Of a DNA stretch of 64,000 bases, positions 53,003-63,800 are shown piece after piece (position 1 is the stretch's first letter; each line of letters starts with the position of its first letter). A model generated the notes under the pieces. It saw only the letters and a program-made list of their open reading frames with translations. It was not told the DNA's origin and did not search any database. The DNA lies in the NCBI GenBank assembly GCA_964355675.1, contig CAYHEC010000006.1, forward strand, positions 1 to 64,000, written 5' to 3'. The position numbers and the translations under genes were made by a program. Origin of the DNA: an uncultured Caldithrix sp. GTDB taxonomy: Bacteria > Electryoneota > AABM5-125-24 > Hatepunaeales > Hatepunaeaceae.

Positions 53003-53870
53003 GCAATCCCGATTTGGATGGATCGCTTAAATCAATTTGCGTCAAATCTCCGGTCAGGACTGCCCGCGATGAAATCCCTAATCGTGTCAGGAACATCTTC
53101 ATTTGGCCCGATGTGGTGTTCTGTGCTTCATCAAGAATAACAAAAGCATGATTAAGTGTTCGACCCCGCATGTAAGCCAGCGGAGCAACCTCAATTGCGC
53201 CACGTTCGATGAATCGTCTCACTCGATCCCGTGTAAGCATTTCGTCAAGGGCGTCATACAGGGGTCTGAAATAGGGATCAACCTTTTCAAGAATGTCGCC
53301 AGGGAGAAATCCAAGCGTTTCACCCGTCTCGACTACCGGCCTGACCAGTATAATCTTATCTACCAGACGACGGTGATACCAATCGACGGCCTTGGCGACT
53401 GCCAGATAGGTTTTTCCCGTCCCAGCCGGCCCAATTCCGAACACGATAGCTTTCTGTTCCATCACGGCAACGTAGCGTTCCTGATTGCTTCCTCTAGCCC
53501 TGACTGGTCCGCGAGATGAATCAAAAACGACTGCGCCTTGATCGACAGGGACAACCGAACCCGAAGCGCCCCCGTTAAATCCAGCCAAACGTAAAATCGT
53601 CCTGATATCTTTGACGGAAACATCATTGCGGCGCAAGTAGAGTGATTCAAGATCAGCAAACACTCGTCGAATGCGTTCACCTTCTTCAGATGGACCCTTG
53701 ACGATTATTCTGCTTCCGCGGGCTGTTAATTGAGAATCGAAATGTCCTTCGAGGTAACGAAGATTGGCGTCTCCTTCCCCTAATAAAATGGGGAAAATAA
53801 CATCGTTGATTTCAATATCGAACTGAATTGGTTCTGTTTTCATATCTATGACAAAAAGCAATGCCCCCAC
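52863..53870 (-). CDS. phoH: PhoH-family ATPase (YbeZ-like)
   Basis: GPAGTGKTYLAV (Walker A), FVILDEAQN (Walker B), GDLTQIDL. Confidence 0.9.
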   Translation of the reverse strand: MGALLFVIDMKTEPIQFDIEINDVIFPILLGEGDANLRYLEGHFDSQLTARGSRIIVKGPSEEGERIRRVFADLESLYLRRNDVSVKDIRTILRLAGFNGGASGSVVPVDQGAVVFDSSRGPVRARGSNQERYVAVMEQKAIVFGIGPAGTGKTYLAVAKAVDWYHRRLVDKIILVRPVVETGETLGFLPGDILEKVDPYFRPLYDALDEMLTRDRVRRFIERGAIEVAPLAYMRGRTLNHAFVILDEAQNTTSGQMKMFLTRLGISSRAVLTGDLTQIDLSDPSKSGLLEAKQILSNVEGIGFVEFNDTDVVRHPLVAEILRAYQNGNGEIQHG

Positions 53871-53971
53871 CCGCCCGAAAGGGCGGGTAAGGGCAAAGCG
53901 AGCTTGATCAAGCGCAATGCCTGACTAATTATCTCCACCGGCATCCCGGCATTCACGCTGAACTAAGTGCC

Positions 53972-54823
53972 TCAATTACGTGGAATGGTTAGTATCTGCT
54001 CTGGGTAGAGGTGAGTTGGTTCGCTTAAAAATTGTCCAGACTTATTCGCCTGATACAACTTTGTCCATTGGAAGGGATCACCGAAAACTTCCGGTCTGCC
54101 AGCGATCTTCTTCAAATTGTCGCCCTTTACAACTAAATACTCATCCTTGGAAAGTTGCCTCGGAACAGTAAACTGCTGAGCGGGGTAGATCAAATCTGGA
54201 TCCTTGATCATAGATTTGTTATAGCTCCAGATTCGCAGCCACTTCCACGGATCGCCGTAAACGTCTTTCTTCCCGGCAATCCTCCATAGACAATCTCCCC
54301 TGATGACCGCATAAAGATCGTGCTTCGGCTTCGGAAGACTCGCCTTGAGCGCTCCAACCTTTGCCGCCATTTCCACAAGACGATCATGTTGAACGGACAG
54401 TTTGGCGATGGGATCATTTTGCATTCCAGCGATAAGCCCGGCGATCTCGTCGAGCTCCCCGGCGCGGGCAAGCAATTGTTCCGGAGTCAATCTGCCTAAC
54501 TCATTCAACCTCTTCTCGAGGTCGTCAAGTTGTTTGTTAAAGGCTTCGATCTGTTCGCGGGTAACGTTCAGGAAAGCGTAAATTTCATCCCAGACCACTG
54601 ATATTTGTGCATCAAGATCAGCAAGTTGAGCCTTCAGATCAGCAATAGCAACATTTTCAGTTTCTAATGCTGTCTTTGCGGCTGTTTCACGTGCTTGAAA
54701 TGACTCAAGCTTCTTCTGGTACTCTTCGTATGTCATCCGCTCTGTAGCATGTGCTGACATTGCGGTGAACATTAAACCGGTCGCGAGCACCAATGCAACC
54801 AATATAGAAATTTGTTTGGTCAT
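53972..54823 (-). CDS. Secreted coiled-coil protein with two C-terminal LysM-like domains
   Basis: Signal peptide and a coiled coil. YAVIRGDCLWRIAGKKDVYGDPWKW...YPAQQFTVP and YLVVKGDNLKKIAGRPEVFGDPFQW...YPEQILTIP. Confidence 0.7.
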   Translation of the reverse strand: MTKQISILVALVLATGLMFTAMSAHATERMTYEEYQKKLESFQARETAAKTALETENVAIADLKAQLADLDAQISVVWDEIYAFLNVTREQIEAFNKQLDDLEKRLNELGRLTPEQLLARAGELDEIAGLIAGMQNDPIAKLSVQHDRLVEMAAKVGALKASLPKPKHDLYAVIRGDCLWRIAGKKDVYGDPWKWLRIWSYNKSMIKDPDLIYPAQQFTVPRQLSKDEYLVVKGDNLKKIAGRPEVFGDPFQWTKLYQANKSGQFLSEPTHLYPEQILTIPRN

Positions 54824-54835
54824 GATTGGCTCTCT

Positions 54836-55096
54836 CTAACGGTTTTTAACAAGTTCAAGTTCAGCTTTTGCAGCGTCAAGTTCTGCTTTCTTATTATTGA
54901 CCTGCTTCTCCAGACCGCGACGCTCTGACTTGGCTTTTTCCACGTCGCGCTCAGCCGAAACGGCTGCTTTATCTGCCGCATCGAGCTTCTTCAAGTCGTC
55001 AGGACTCGCGTACTTAGTACATCCGCCAAAGGCGAGAGTACCAGCTATAAAAGCGCACAGAACTGTGGTACGAATGGTCCTGCCGGTGCTATCCAT
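54836..55096 (-). CDS. Small coiled-coil lipoprotein (Lpp-like)
   Basis: Lipobox-like LAFGGC, then a heptad-rich Ala/Lys/Glu sequence. Confidence 0.4.
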   Translation of the reverse strand: MDSTGRTIRTTVLCAFIAGTLAFGGCTKYASPDDLKKLDAADKAAVSAERDVEKAKSERRGLEKQVNNKKAELDAAKAELELVKNR

Positions 55097-55155
55097 AGAT
55101 ACTCCTCAATTGATACAGTCCCCCAGATACTTAATTATACGTAACAATTCACCTT

Positions 55156-55173
55156 CTGTCAAGTGTTTGACAG
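55156..55173 (-). terminator. Hairpin CTGTCAA-loop-TTGACAG immediately downstream of aspS
   Basis: 7-bp stem located 3 nt after the aspS stop. No clear U-tract on the minus strand. Confidence 0.35.
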
Positions 55174-55175
55174 AT

Positions 55176-56933
55176 TTATTTCGTTAAGTGAAGCCCGAGT
55201 TCAGCAAGTTGCTCATTATCTACCCTTGATGGAGCCCCGTCCATCAGTGATGTAGCATTATTGGTTTTAGGAAATGCAATCACATCGCGAATAGAATTTT
55301 CGCCAGCAAGCATCATCACGAGACGGTCAAATCCGAGGGCAATCCCGCCGTGTGGGGGAGCGCCGAAGGAAAGAGCCTCTAAAATGAAACCAAATCGCTG
55401 GTGCGCTTGTTCCCGGTCCAGACCAATAACTCTAAATACCCGCTCTTGTAGTGATGGGTGGTGAATTCGGATCGATCCACTACCCATTTCGACTCCGTTA
55501 AGAACAAGATCATAGGCACGAGCTGTTACGCCCATCGGATCCGACTCAAGTTTTTCCTCATGTTCGGGAATCGGTGATGTAAAGGCGTGATGACAGGGTG
55601 TCAAACCCGAGCCATCCGGCAATTTCTCGAAAAGTGGCGGATCGGGAACCCAACAGAACTTAAAATCGCCAGACTTGATCAAATTCCATTGTTCTGCGAG
55701 CTTACGCCTGACCTTTCCGAGCGCTAAAAGTACCTTTTCAGCGTCTCCAGCGGCAAGCAAAAGCATGTCGCCCGTTTCGGCATCTAATTTGGCAATTAGA
55801 TCAGCTTGCGATTCAGAGTTAAGAGTTTTTCCCAATACACCACCAAGTCGAAATCCATCCTCAACCGACGCAGAGAGCAAGCCGGTCAAACCTTCTGCTC
55901 GTGCGATAATTTCAAGATCGTCGCGTTGTTTCCGAGAAAGGTTACCCTTCCCTTCTGCACGAATTGCGAAAACGCCGCCACCAGCGTTGATGACGTCATC
56001 AAACGCCTTGAACCCCTCATGGTGAAAGACCGAATCCATTCGTGCAATCCTCAATCCGTAGCGAAGATCGGGAGCATCGGATCCGTATTTGGAAATCGAT
56101 TCATCAAAAGGTATGCGGGGAAAGTTCGGCTCGATTTCCAGACCTAAGACATCCTTTACCAGACGAACCATCATTTTTTCGACATGCTGAATGACGTCCT
56201 CTTCCTCGACGAACGACATCTCAAGGTCTATCTGGGTGAACTCGGGCTGGCGATCCTTGCGCAAGTCTTCATCACGGAAGCAACGGGCAATCTGGCAGTA
56301 TTTATCGAGTCCACCGATCATCAGCGATTGTTTATAAAGTTGCGGGGACTGCGGCAGAGCATAGCAATGGCCATGGTGGATCCGGCTCGGTACCAGATAG
56401 TCACGTGCACCTTCCGGAGTGCTTCTAATCAGAAAGGGGGTTTCGATTTCCACGAATCCCTCTTCGCTGTGAAAGGTACGTACAGAGTTCAATGCTTTGT
56501 GGCGAAGCTCGAGGTTTCGTTGCATTCGCGGACGTCGTAAATCGAGGTAGCGATAACGCAGACGAAGCTCTTCGTTCGGTTCCTCTTCTTCTTCGACGCC
56601 AAGTGGAAGCGGAATACATGGTGAAAGTACCATCACCGATTCGGCCACTACTTCAATTTCACCAGTTGCCATCTTTTTGTTGACCATGCCTTCACGGCGA
56701 TGCCTGACAACGCCCTTCACCTGAACGACGAACTCGTTGCCAATTTCACGTAATTGCTCGGTAGCGACAGAGTCCTTGTCGGCAACGACTTGTGTCTTGC
56801 CATACTTGTCACGTAGATCGAGGAAGATCACTCCGCCGAGGTCGCGCACTCGTGCCGCCCAGCCTGCAAGTGTGACAGCGGCGCCAACGTTTTGCCCGTT
56901 CAGTTCACCGCATGTGTGTGTTCGATAGCTCAT
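55176..56933 (-). CDS. aspS: Aspartate--tRNA ligase
   Basis: RTHTCGEL, FLDLRDKYG, class II motifs FRDEDLRKDRQPEFTQID and GGIALGFDRLVM. Confidence 0.95.
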   Translation of the reverse strand: MSYRTHTCGELNGQNVGAAVTLAGWAARVRDLGGVIFLDLRDKYGKTQVVADKDSVATEQLREIGNEFVVQVKGVVRHRREGMVNKKMATGEIEVVAESVMVLSPCIPLPLGVEEEEEPNEELRLRYRYLDLRRPRMQRNLELRHKALNSVRTFHSEEGFVEIETPFLIRSTPEGARDYLVPSRIHHGHCYALPQSPQLYKQSLMIGGLDKYCQIARCFRDEDLRKDRQPEFTQIDLEMSFVEEEDVIQHVEKMMVRLVKDVLGLEIEPNFPRIPFDESISKYGSDAPDLRYGLRIARMDSVFHHEGFKAFDDVINAGGGVFAIRAEGKGNLSRKQRDDLEIIARAEGLTGLLSASVEDGFRLGGVLGKTLNSESQADLIAKLDAETGDMLLLAAGDAEKVLLALGKVRRKLAEQWNLIKSGDFKFCWVPDPPLFEKLPDGSGLTPCHHAFTSPIPEHEEKLESDPMGVTARAYDLVLNGVEMGSGSIRIHHPSLQERVFRVIGLDREQAHQRFGFILEALSFGAPPHGGIALGFDRLVMMLAGENSIRDVIAFPKTNNATSLMDGAPSRVDNEQLAELGLHLTK

Positions 56934-57490
56934 GAGTTAAGTTCTGCTCGTTTCTTTTCTTTAATAATTCGATACATTTTCGATCTTTGGGATAGTGTCT
57001 CGGCATTGCGACGCATCTCGCCTGAGATAACCCAGTCAAACAGAAAGAGCGCTCCAATTGCTGTCAACGCCAAAGCCTCCAGGGTAACAGAATGACCGAG
57101 TCTTCCCTCGTATTCAATAAAAGCTCCGTAACCGGGATAAGTCCTCGTGATTAGAAACGCTCCGAATATTTCTCTGCAGGTTAGCGCTATTGTCATGAAG
57201 ATCAACCCGCCGATCATCTTTCGAAACCAAGAAACCAACAGGACTCCAACGAGCATGACTGCGGGAATTGACCTGTAAATGATCCCAGTCCAATCCGGAT
57301 GCCTGTCGTATTCGCCTCCAAATCCAGACAAGGAAAGGCGAAGGATATACGCGATGAAGATTACCGCGGCAATTCTTGGCAACCACTTCATGATTGGATC
57401 CGAAATACCAAAGACGTTTCGTTTCAATACAAAACGGGGCTGCAACCGCAGCCCCGTTATCTTAGCCGCTGGTGCGGCAATCCTTAACAC
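56930..57490 (-). CDS. Hypothetical membrane protein; likely start is Met34 at 57391
   Basis: Four predicted TM helices. 4-nt overlap with the aspS start. Confidence 0.4.
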   Translation of the reverse strand: MLRIAAPAAKITGLRLQPRFVLKRNVFGISDPIMKWLPRIAAVIFIAYILRLSLSGFGGEYDRHPDWTGIIYRSIPAVMLVGVLLVSWFRKMIGGLIFMTIALTCREIFGAFLITRTYPGYGAFIEYEGRLGHSVTLEALALTAIGALFLFDWVISGEMRRNAETLSQRSKMYRIIKEKKRAELNS

Positions 57491-57500
57491 GGTTTCCCGC

Positions 57501-58604
57501 CTATTCGAAGATGTAAGTAGCTCCGGCAGTTACATTTCCTTCGCTATCGCCGATTTTATCAAATCGCCAAGAACTGATTACATTGTTAATGCAATTCTCA
57601 CAATCGGCTCCTAAGGCATTTCCGCCCCAGTTGCTCTCGCGGAAGCGGACTCGAATGACTTCGCCCGAGGTGGCAATGGTGAATTCAACCACGACCTTGC
57701 CTTTGAGACCTGAGTCCTTCCGCTTAAGCGTCCAATAGCAATATTGAACCTGATTTTTATTTTGAAGAACGATGTCGGAAATAGCGCTCTGACTGCGTTG
57801 CTTGGCTTTTGTTCCAGAACCTTTGGCAGTAATCGCACTACGACTTAATTGGATAGGGGCTTCATTAAGCATGAGATCGATATCTGAAGATGACATTGCC
57901 TTAAGCTCGGAGATATTAATGCCTCCACCGCCAGGACCTTCGCCAACTCCAGCGCCCACAACGCCACCACTGCGAAGTTTCTTAACTTTCTCAGCGGTTC
58001 CGGCTTCTCCAATCATGCCAGTCAGTTGCTTGATGTCTAACGAAGCGCTCCCGCCACCGACTCCCTGATCTGTACCAGACAAGCCGATTACATCTCTTGC
58101 GGCGGCGGCTCCGCCACGACGACGACCACCTTTAGCGGTTGGTCCTCCGAGAATCTTGACTCGTTCTGAAATGCCAGCTCTTCTGGCTTCTTGTCGTTCT
58201 GCTCTCTCAGCTCTGGCGCTTGCAGTTTTCTCGGCACGACCGCCTACGACTGCACCTCCACCGCCTCCACCGCCACCACCGCTACTTGATTCGAGCTCTT
58301 GACGGCGAGCTTCACGCTTGGCTTGACGCTCATCTTCCTTAGGAGCTTCAGACTGAACGATTTGTTTTGCTTCGGTTTTCTGAACGACCTTCTGTGCTGG
58401 TGCGGCAGCTTTTACGCGATAGATGGTTTCGGTATATTTCTTAGCTTCCTCAAGAGTGATCACTCTTACAGGTTGGCTAGCGCCCCACAATACACAGATA
58501 AGCGCGAATAGAGCTGTACCAAGAACAATACCGGCAAATTCGCGATCAAGATCCCGCCAAAAGTTTTTTTCAAACTCACGAGGAAATGCCATTACTTGAG
58601 CCAA
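57501..58604 (-). CDS. TonB-like / AgmX-PglI C-terminal-domain protein with a poly-Gly linker
   Basis: N-terminal TM anchor, a charged linker containing a Gly9 run, and C-terminal VLQNKNQVQYCYWTLKRKDSGLKGKVVVEFTIATSGEV...CENCINNVISSWRF (AgmX/PglI-type pattern). Lies next to exbBD. Confidence 0.55.
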   Translation of the reverse strand: MAQVMAFPREFEKNFWRDLDREFAGIVLGTALFALICVLWGASQPVRVITLEEAKKYTETIYRVKAAAPAQKVVQKTEAKQIVQSEAPKEDERQAKREARRQELESSSGGGGGGGGGAVVGGRAEKTASARAERAERQEARRAGISERVKILGGPTAKGGRRRGGAAAARDVIGLSGTDQGVGGGSASLDIKQLTGMIGEAGTAEKVKKLRSGGVVGAGVGEGPGGGGINISELKAMSSSDIDLMLNEAPIQLSRSAITAKGSGTKAKQRSQSAISDIVLQNKNQVQYCYWTLKRKDSGLKGKVVVEFTIATSGEVIRVRFRESNWGGNALGADCENCINNVISSWRFDKIGDSEGNVTAGATYIFE

Positions 58605-58616
58605 GTTTTCATCTCC

Positions 58617-59108
58617 TTATGCAGTTTTTTTCTTGACGACGAAATCAAGCGTTCCATATTCGGCCTGTCCACAAGTGTTGATCACCTTAAGAAGTTGATC
58701 ATAAGGTATAGACTGGTCGCATTGAATGGTAATCGACCCCTTGAAGTCTTTCCCCAAGTGTTTGTCGAACTCACGCTTTTCGGTAAGAAACGTTTCCAAA
58801 CCGTCAAGGATAACCGAATTGGGATCAAAAAGATCTTCTTTGGTCGCGAGCATTCTGGGGTTCTTCTCAATATCCTCGTAAACGCCTTCCGGATTGATCA
58901 GAATCGAAATCGATTTTGATGGTTGCATTAAACGGTCGGCGGTTGGCAACTGGACGAATGGTGATGGTTTCATCATACCACCGGTTGCGCTCGATAACTT
59001 AAGCAAAAAGAGAAGAATTACGGTCAACATGTCGAGCATCGAGCCGAGGATCAAACCCTCTTTATCTTTGCGTCGATGTTTCGCCCCTTTTGAGGGTGCA
59101 AATGCCAT
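58617..59108 (-). CDS. exbD: ExbD/TolR-family biopolymer transport protein
   Basis: N-terminal SMLDMLTVILLFLL TM helix plus a periplasmic domain, in ExbB-ExbD-ExbD gene order. Confidence 0.8.
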   Translation of the reverse strand: MAFAPSKGAKHRRKDKEGLILGSMLDMLTVILLFLLKLSSATGGMMKPSPFVQLPTADRLMQPSKSISILINPEGVYEDIEKNPRMLATKEDLFDPNSVILDGLETFLTEKREFDKHLGKDFKGSITIQCDQSIPYDQLLKVINTCGQAEYGTLDFVVKKKTA

Positions 59109-59148
59109 TTATACAAATCCTCCGGATTGCGGATGTAGAAATTCCATT

Positions 59149-59754
59149 TTATTGGAATTGCTTTAGCATAGCTACAGGGAAAAGTTCCTTGGAAAGGGTG
59201 TCGATTTTAACCTGACGACACGCATCCATCGTAGCAACAACTACTTGAAAAGGAGTCTGGCCAAGCGCAGTAATCGATACTTCACGTCCGTCTCGATACC
59301 TAAATACTTCGAAGACGTCCATCCTGCCAGTGTTCTCATTCAGGACAGAATCGATGCCGAGTGGAGCTCCGACTTCTTGCTCCTTTACTTGGGCCAATCT
59401 GTTTGAGAGGGTTTGGTAATCCGGACTTCCGGGAAGATTTGGAACTTCAAAGAAGTATGGGCCAGGTTCAGTCTTCCCGAAAAGCGATACCTGAAAACCA
59501 GTCGCTGAGATATTGACTAGCAGATCAATCGTCGCGTCGTTGTTCCATTTTGGGGCTTCAGATGGTGGCCCACCGGAGTCTTCGACTCCTGCGGCCTCAG
59601 CCGGAGGCAGATACTCGAGCATCGAGATCTCTGTCATCTGAGCAGTCCCCATCAATAAGGCAATCAAACTGCAGACGATGTTCATCATCGGCATCAGATT
59701 GACGTCGGCTTCCTCTTCCTCCCTCGTATGCTTCTGGGAAGGTTTGAACGCCAC
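59149..59754 (-). CDS. ExbD-like protein (second copy, extended periplasmic domain)
   Basis: ADVNLMPMMNIVCSLIALLM ExbD-type N-terminus. Its start abuts the exbB stop. Confidence 0.6.
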   Translation of the reverse strand: MAFKPSQKHTREEEEADVNLMPMMNIVCSLIALLMGTAQMTEISMLEYLPPAEAAGVEDSGGPPSEAPKWNNDATIDLLVNISATGFQVSLFGKTEPGPYFFEVPNLPGSPDYQTLSNRLAQVKEQEVGAPLGIDSVLNENTGRMDVFEVFRYRDGREVSITALGQTPFQVVVATMDACRQVKIDTLSKELFPVAMLKQFQ

Positions 59755-60395
59755 TATTTGCCCCCGGTCAGCAGGTGGATCAGCTTGACGGAGTGTTCGT
59801 CGATGTCATCGACGATTTCGTTGGCTTTGGTATTGAGAACTGTATATCCGAGAATATTGGGCAGTGCTACCATCAATCCGAAGAGGGTGGTGAACATTGC
59901 AACACCGATACCAGCAGAAAGAGATTCAGCACCACCGCCAGTAGCGCCAGCGGCTTCGAATGAAAGAATCAGTCCGAAGACCGTTCCAGTCAATCCGGTA
60001 AGGGTAGCAAGGTTACCTAACTGCGCCAGATAGGCGATTCGCTTCGTAAGTCTTGGCATAATTTCCAAGGTAGCCTCATCGACCGCATTCTGGACGGCTC
60101 GATAATCAACAAACTCTTTCTTGTCGGCTTCCACAAGCGCGGCAAGAACCACCGTTGGAAGTGCTTTTCCATCGGCAGCTTTACAGAGTGCAATGGCTTT
60201 CTTGAAATCGCCTGCCGAAACCAATTTGCGAATTTCTGCCATAAAAAGTCCAGCATTGACATTCGACCGGGCCCATAGAAATACGACTCGTTCGATTATG
60301 ATTGCCATACCGGCAACAAGAAAGAATAACATCACCCACATGAAAATCCAGGCTTCGAATCCCGGCATGAATGAGTGAAATAACTTTGAAAGCAC
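59754..60395 (-). CDS. exbB: MotA/TolQ/ExbB proton-channel protein
   Basis: Three TM helices and the conserved LAQLGNLATLTGLTGTVFGLILSF...AMFTTLFGLMVALP segment. Confidence 0.9.
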   Translation of the reverse strand: MLSKLFHSFMPGFEAWIFMWVMLFFLVAGMAIIIERVVFLWARSNVNAGLFMAEIRKLVSAGDFKKAIALCKAADGKALPTVVLAALVEADKKEFVDYRAVQNAVDEATLEIMPRLTKRIAYLAQLGNLATLTGLTGTVFGLILSFEAAGATGGGAESLSAGIGVAMFTTLFGLMVALPNILGYTVLNTKANEIVDDIDEHSVKLIHLLTGGK

Positions 60396-60496
60396 AGCGT
60401 TCCTCCCTTTGGGTTGTGGAAAGAATTGAATGATCGACCATTTGAATAATCTAAATTGTGATTAGAACGTATCTAATCAACTCAGCGCTTAATATA

Positions 60497-60817
60497 CTAC
60501 TGCGACCGTTTCTTTGCAAGCATTTTTTGTGGTTCTTCAAGCTTAGTAATTACCAAGTCTGAAAGCCTGGGCTTGATCGAAGTTGTATTAACTGTGATCA
60601 GGTCTTCTGGCTTCTTCTGAAGAACAACTGGGGAAATATCTGGTCGCTGACGAGGGATAGTAACCACAATGGTTGGCAACTCGGGAGCGACCTCAATTCG
60701 TATTTCTTCCAGCATCAATACTTCACCACCGGTATTATCCCTGCCCTGCTGACCGAACGAAAGCAAAGGCATGAATAGAACCAGATAGATCACAAAAACT
60801 ACCGGGAGTTTTCGCAT
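60497..60817 (-). CDS. Small secreted hypothetical protein
   Basis: Signal peptide MRKLPVVFVIYLVLFMPLLSFG. No family recognised. Confidence 0.35.
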   Translation of the reverse strand: MRKLPVVFVIYLVLFMPLLSFGQQGRDNTGGEVLMLEEIRIEVAPELPTIVVTIPRQRPDISPVVLQKKPEDLITVNTTSIKPRLSDLVITKLEEPQKMLAKKRSQ

Positions 60818-60825
60818 ATTTGTAC

Positions 60826-63800
60826 TCAGCGTAATTTGTTCTTCTCAATTATACGCATGTCGCGTAATTGTGATGGTGTTGGACCTACTATTTTCTCGGG
60901 TTCAGCAATCATTTCATTATCTTCGACGACAGTTTCAGTCAACTCTTGCGGTTCCGGCTGTTTCTCAGGCGGTAGGTTCGTTCCAAGATTTATCTGTTCC
61001 TCATCAGAGCGAAGTTTAGAGACAGCCTGAGCTTTGAGAGATTTATCTCGTTCAAGTTCTCGTTCACTCAAGGAAGCAAGTTGTTTATTCATATCGGGAA
61101 CGAACTCATAGATTAAGCCCGCTCGCAATCCCTGGCGCGTATTATTCATGTCTGATGCTTCGATAGCAACGACGTTGTTACCAACCTTCAGGAATTCAAG
61201 AACAGGAAATTCTTTTACTAGCATCCAATCAAGATTGTCATCTTTACTGTCCTCCCCAACAAATGCTCCATTAAGATAAAGACTGAAATTGTCGTCTGCA
61301 GTAAGCCAGAATTTTCCTCCACTGGGAGGTTGATAGATCGTAAATGATTTTCTGAACCAATAGGTTTTGACGCCGTTGCTGTCGGGATTCATCCAGATCC
61401 GCCAGAGTGAGTCGGCTTCTGTATCAACTAACTCAACCGGAGTAGAAGGAGTTGCAGGCGGTTCCTCAGCAAGCACTTCAGGATTTTCTTCATTAATCAG
61501 GGTCGAATCCGTTGTGACTAACGAATCTGCTGACGAGGATGTATCCTCCACTAAAGGTTCTTCGGATTGCGCCGGAATTTCGACTTGTGGGGCTACCTCT
61601 TGAATGACGGGAGCAGGCTTTTCACGGAAGTACCAAATAGCTTCTGCGCCGATACTGTCAAGAATTCCCATATTAACATCGGTGGAGAACCCAGCTTTTA
61701 AGGCGCGTTCCCATCCGCTATCGTCGAAGTCGTTGTTTTGAAACCCTTCCGTCGCCTGTGCCCATACAAGCCATTCAGTATTCGTCTCAACTGACGTTTT
61801 ATCGGATGATAATCCGACTTGACTTCCGTATTTTTCAGGATTTAACGAAACGAGTTTTGTTGTTAGTTCAATCCCGGCCATTCCTGAAAGGTTATAAGTC
61901 TGTCGCAACGAGAGCCCGCTCTCGAGCAATATCAGTGTATAGTCACGGAAGTTGTTTCCAATGTCTTCGAAAGCTACTTGCGCGTCGTCATATTGAAGCT
62001 CGCTGGTTTCATCGTACTTCGCGGAAAACTCGATTTTCTTTGCTTGAGCGTCTTCAGAATATTTCGAGAACAGTTCGGACTGTTTTAAGACAAACTGGAG
62101 TAGTTGATCATTGGCAGATTCTCCGAATCCGTAGGGAATTTGATAAACGGCGGCAGTGTCTAAAATTCCTCGATAACCTTCGAGCATATCCAAAGTAAAG
62201 TTATTTAGATAATCAACTTGATCGAGTATGATGCCGCCCATTTCATCAGAGTAGAATCCCTGGGGCGTTTTGCCATCTTCACCCTTGGGTAGAATGTTGA
62301 CAAAATCTTTTACATTCTTATCCACGCGAGCTTGAGCGAGATTTGTTTGTTCAACATATTTGCTGATGAGGGTATCGACCGTCTCCTTGTATCCCAATTC
62401 AACTGCGTCTCGCCATTTAGAGCCCAAACCTACCGATTTTGCCTCATTCCACGCCTGAAGATAAAGCCCACAAATTTCGGGTGCCATCGGAGCGATGATA
62501 TTCTTGATGACTTCCTGCCTGAAAAGCATTCTTACTTCTTCGTCTTTATCAGTCGAGCGCAGTTCAAAATTAGCATACCAAAGTTTGGCGAGATACTTTC
62601 CATTCAGAAATGCAACATAAGGCATTTTATATCGACAAGAATCTGCCCAATTTGATGCTTCTATGACAGCGGAATCAAGCTCAGTAAGCCCACGCTGCAA
62701 TGCGGACAACTTGGAGAGTGAATCAGCAAGTCCAACGGCTGTTGAGTCTTTTTGTAATTGAGCAACAACTCCTGCAAATGCGTCGTAGTCACTCTGACGA
62801 CGGGCATGTTCATCTTTAAGAGGCGTCGAGATGGCTCGCAGGTTTTCGAATCCTGATTTATACGATTGGGCGGAAACATAATTCAGAATAATGGCTTCAT
62901 CGACCACTCTGGCCAGTGTGTCGATCTTGCCTTGAAGATTTTTTACCTGCGGGACGCTCTGTTCGTAGGTAGCTAATGCGAAATCTTCGTCGAGTTTACC
63001 AATTGCATAGAAGGAACGATATGCTTCCTTCTGACCAAACCGAATTAACTGATGGTATTTCTCAACGAGTGCGTTTCGCCAGTCCTTTTTCCGCTGTTTG
63101 GCGAGTTTGATCGCCGCATCGTTCCCCGTGATGCGTAGTTTATTGTACTCTTCCTGTTCCCATTGGAGCAGGTAATTGAGTGACTGTGAAGCATAGCGAG
63201 GCGAACCGGATAATCCTCTTCCAACCAGTTTCTGATGGGCGTCAAGAGTCGAAGTGAATTCCCGTGATGCACCGGTTCGGTCACCTTTATCGAGCGAGTA
63301 TTTACCACGCTCAAAAAACGCCTGAACAGTCCGAGGGTCGTCAGGATAGCGTTGAGCAAATTGGCGATAAATCTCATTTGCTTTATCAACTTCTTCGAGC
63401 TTCATATAATGCGATGCATTCTCAAAGAGATAGACGCTCGCATCCTCAGCTTGGGGGAATATCTGCACATAAAGTTGATTGACGCGAATGGCGGATCTAT
63501 CGTCACCGATCTGATTATAATTCTGGCTAGCATTTGCGAGAGCGCCTTGACTCAGCTCCGACTTAGGATAAGCCTTGACGAGCCTCTCATAAGCTTCGGC
63601 AGATCTCTTAGGATCTTTTAATTGGCTCTGAAGATTAAATCCTAAGTTATAAAGAGCTTTATCTCCATATTCTGATTGTGGATAGCGATCCGCCAGTATA
63701 GTGAATACTTCATTTGCTTCAGAAAACGCGTTCGCCTGCATATATTCGATACCGGATTGGAAGAGCGAACGGTCAGCATATTGGTACTCTGGATTTTCGA

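Noticed and set aside
58254-58280. GGN-rich run encoding Gly9 in the TonB/AgmX-like protein as a contingency (slippage) locus
   Set aside because: The codons are mixed (GGT/GGC/GGA/GGG on the coding strand), so this is not a pure short tandem repeat. Low-complexity linkers are normal in TonB-like proteins.
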